Shown piece after piece: positions 62,533 through 64,000 of a stretch of 64,000 nucleotides of DNA. The stretch spans positions 128,365-192,364 of the forward strand of contig CAXXFK010000040.1 of assembly GCA_963663965.2 (NCBI GenBank), in the 5' to 3' direction. The translations under genes and the position numbers were made by a program. Below the pieces are notes generated by a model. It made no database searches. It was not told the origin of the DNA and saw only the letters and a list, made by a program, of their open reading frames with translations. Within the stretch, counting starts at the first letter, position 1. Every line of letters starts with the position of its first letter. This DNA is from Sedimentisphaerales bacterium. GTDB taxonomy: Bacteria > Planctomycetota > Phycisphaerae > Sedimentisphaerales > SM23-30.

Positions 62533-64000
62533 ATGTCCTTGGTGTGCTTCTCGTATTATTGGAAATATTTTCCTTATTATGAACCACAAATTTCAAACAT
62601 ATTTGGGGCTGGGGTGATTTCTCTTCTTTGGGCTAGTCTGAATATTTTTTTGGCAAAAGGGCTGGGATGCTTCAATTTAACCTATAAAGGATGTTTATGT
62701 ATTGTTTGCATTGGATTATTTCCTTCATATTTTTTGGCGAGAGAGTGGCGTCGAGATCGTGTAAATCAATTACTTCACTATGCCCAAGTTGAAAAAAATT
62801 ATTCAAACGAAGATTTTCATCTTTTTATTCAATCCTTAATTTATTTACATGAAAAAGTCCAAAACCAACAGAGCTCTGAAAAGGAGGAGAGGGAGCTTTT
62901 GAGCTTTCTCAGTATGCACAAGAGCGAATGCAAAAGCCACTGTTGTCCCCTTTCTAATTCTGAAGTTTATCATTTGCCAGATGAAAAAATGTTTTCGGAA
63001 ACATCGGATGGAAAGCAAATATCTGATCCCGTAATTATTCTACATTTGATCAAGAGACTTTTCGACATTAGATTTTTAACCACATATGGAAATAGCGAAA
63101 TGCAGTTTCTTCACTCCCAGAATTTTTGTCCTGAATTGCTTATCTTTCAAAGTCATTTCTCGGCATATAAAATTGAAAACATATTCAAAGCTGGAGTACA
63201 AATTACACAGGCTGGGGAAGTGCAGGACTCATTCCGTATTCGAGCAACTAAAATGCGAGTACAAAGACTTCTATCTTTAAAGCAGAACGAGAAAAATAAA
63301 AAAAAATTACATAGAGGAAGAGACAAAAAATCCAGCATTGATGTCAGACAAATTCTTGAATATGAAGCTCATTATTTTCAATTAAAAAGGAATTTGATCC
63401 AGGTTGCTGAAAATCAAAAGAATATTTGGAATGAGCTAGTTCTACCTATCCCAAATTTCAATAAAATCCATAAATTCGGCATTATAATGTCCAAAATGTG
63501 TGAAGAAGTAAATGACTATTGGAAAAAAATTAAACAAACTGAAAAGAATGATCCAAAGGCCGAAATATTGTACGGAGTTTATTTGCACGAAATTATGGCT
63601 TGGAAAAACGAAGCTGAACAGCATTTACAACTTGGAAAAATTCTTGAAAATGAAACGCCAATTTTTTTAGGCGATATTTTTATTGGGGACAATAACAAAC
63701 ACTTCACAAAGGATGCTGCGGTTGTGATGATCAGTACAGAAGACAGTAATTTCCATAAAATATTAAAAGTCAGTATGGGAATCTCAAAACTTTTCGAATA
63801 TACTCCTGTAGAAATTATAGGCAAGGACTTGAAAATATTGATGCCCTATTTCATTGCTGATAGGCATTCTGAGTTTGTGATCCACTACCTAAAAACTTCA
63901 ATTCCAAGTTGCCTTATCAGAACTTTGGATACTTTTGGAGTAAATAAAGAACAATATATTTTCCAAATTTGCGTGTACGTTCGCCAGTATTACGATATAA
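62533..64000 (+). CDS. Eukaryote (ciliate)-like TmcB/TmcC-type PAS-domain membrane protein fragment, open to the window end and absent from the ORF track
   Basis: My translation is stop-free: YYWKYFPYY..., HKSECKSHCCPL, IWNEL, LYGVYLHEIM, IIGKDLKILMPYFIADRH (PAS); AT-rich. Confidence 0.75.
   Translation, partial: MSLVCFSYYWKYFPYYEPQISNIFGAGVISLLWASLNIFLAKGLGCFNLTYKGCLCIVCIGLFPSYFLAREWRRDRVNQLLHYAQVEKNYSNEDFHLFIQSLIYLHEKVQNQQSSEKEERELLSFLSMHKSECKSHCCPLSNSEVYHLPDEKMFSETSDGKQISDPVIILHLIKRLFDIRFLTTYGNSEMQFLHSQNFCPELLIFQSHFSAYKIENIFKAGVQITQAGEVQDSFRIRATKMRVQRLLSLKQNEKNKKKLHRGRDKKSSIDVRQILEYEAHYFQLKRNLIQVAENQKNIWNELVLPIPNFNKIHKFGIIMSKMCEEVNDYWKKIKQTEKNDPKAEILYGVYLHEIMAWKNEAEQHLQLGKILENETPIFLGDIFIGDNNKHFTKDAAVVMISTEDSNFHKILKVSMGISKLFEYTPVEIIGKDLKILMPYFIADRHSEFVIHYLKTSIPSCLIRTLDTFGVNKEQYIFQICVYVRQYYDI

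Noticed and set aside
62531..62589. Tracked start of the capsid ORF (MWFIIRK...)
   Set aside because: Lies in the AT-rich eukaryote-like segment, so it is read-through across the junction
63086..63824. Small tracked ORFs in the AT-rich tail
   Set aside because: Explained as alternative frames of the long + strand ORF starting at 62533

Overview
Mostly accessory chromosome of a Planctomycetota bacterium, probably Phycisphaerae/Sedimentisphaerales-like. This is inferred from a LEPR-XLL protein, two DUF1559-type prepilin genes, PEP-CTERM proteins, tandem BlaI/M56 pairs and a CotH/lamin-tail protein. Left to right: two BlaI + BlaR1-like (M56) operons with TACA-N2-TGTA operators; a rho remnant; two PEP-CTERM genes; a sugar-use cluster (AraC, prepilin, UroD-like, sugar porter, GH38-like); a beta-helix/ferredoxin/FAD-oxidoreductase operon; a RAYT remnant with GTAG REPs; a tandem-PDC protein plus MCP; SGNH, CotH, C1-peptidase/DUF2961, CE15 and CARDB genes; an orphan Rhs toxin/immunity array; MpaA-like amidase; REC-GGDEF-HD-GYP; and tRNA-Asp followed by integrase, excisionase and a lone major capsid gene. 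The most notable observations are four. (1) Two different ~90-bp inserts sit at fixed conserved Rhs-core sites in a mosaic pattern. (2) A capsid gene lies directly next to xis-int, which is satellite-like. (3) A 181-bp IS5-like MITE occurs twice, and one copy rewrote a transporter C-terminus. (4) At ~62.53 kb the sequence switches abruptly to AT-rich DNA encoding a eukaryote (ciliate)-like TmcB/PAS protein that the ORF track missed, most likely a contig join or contaminant. All family calls come from motif recognition by eye; no searches were run.
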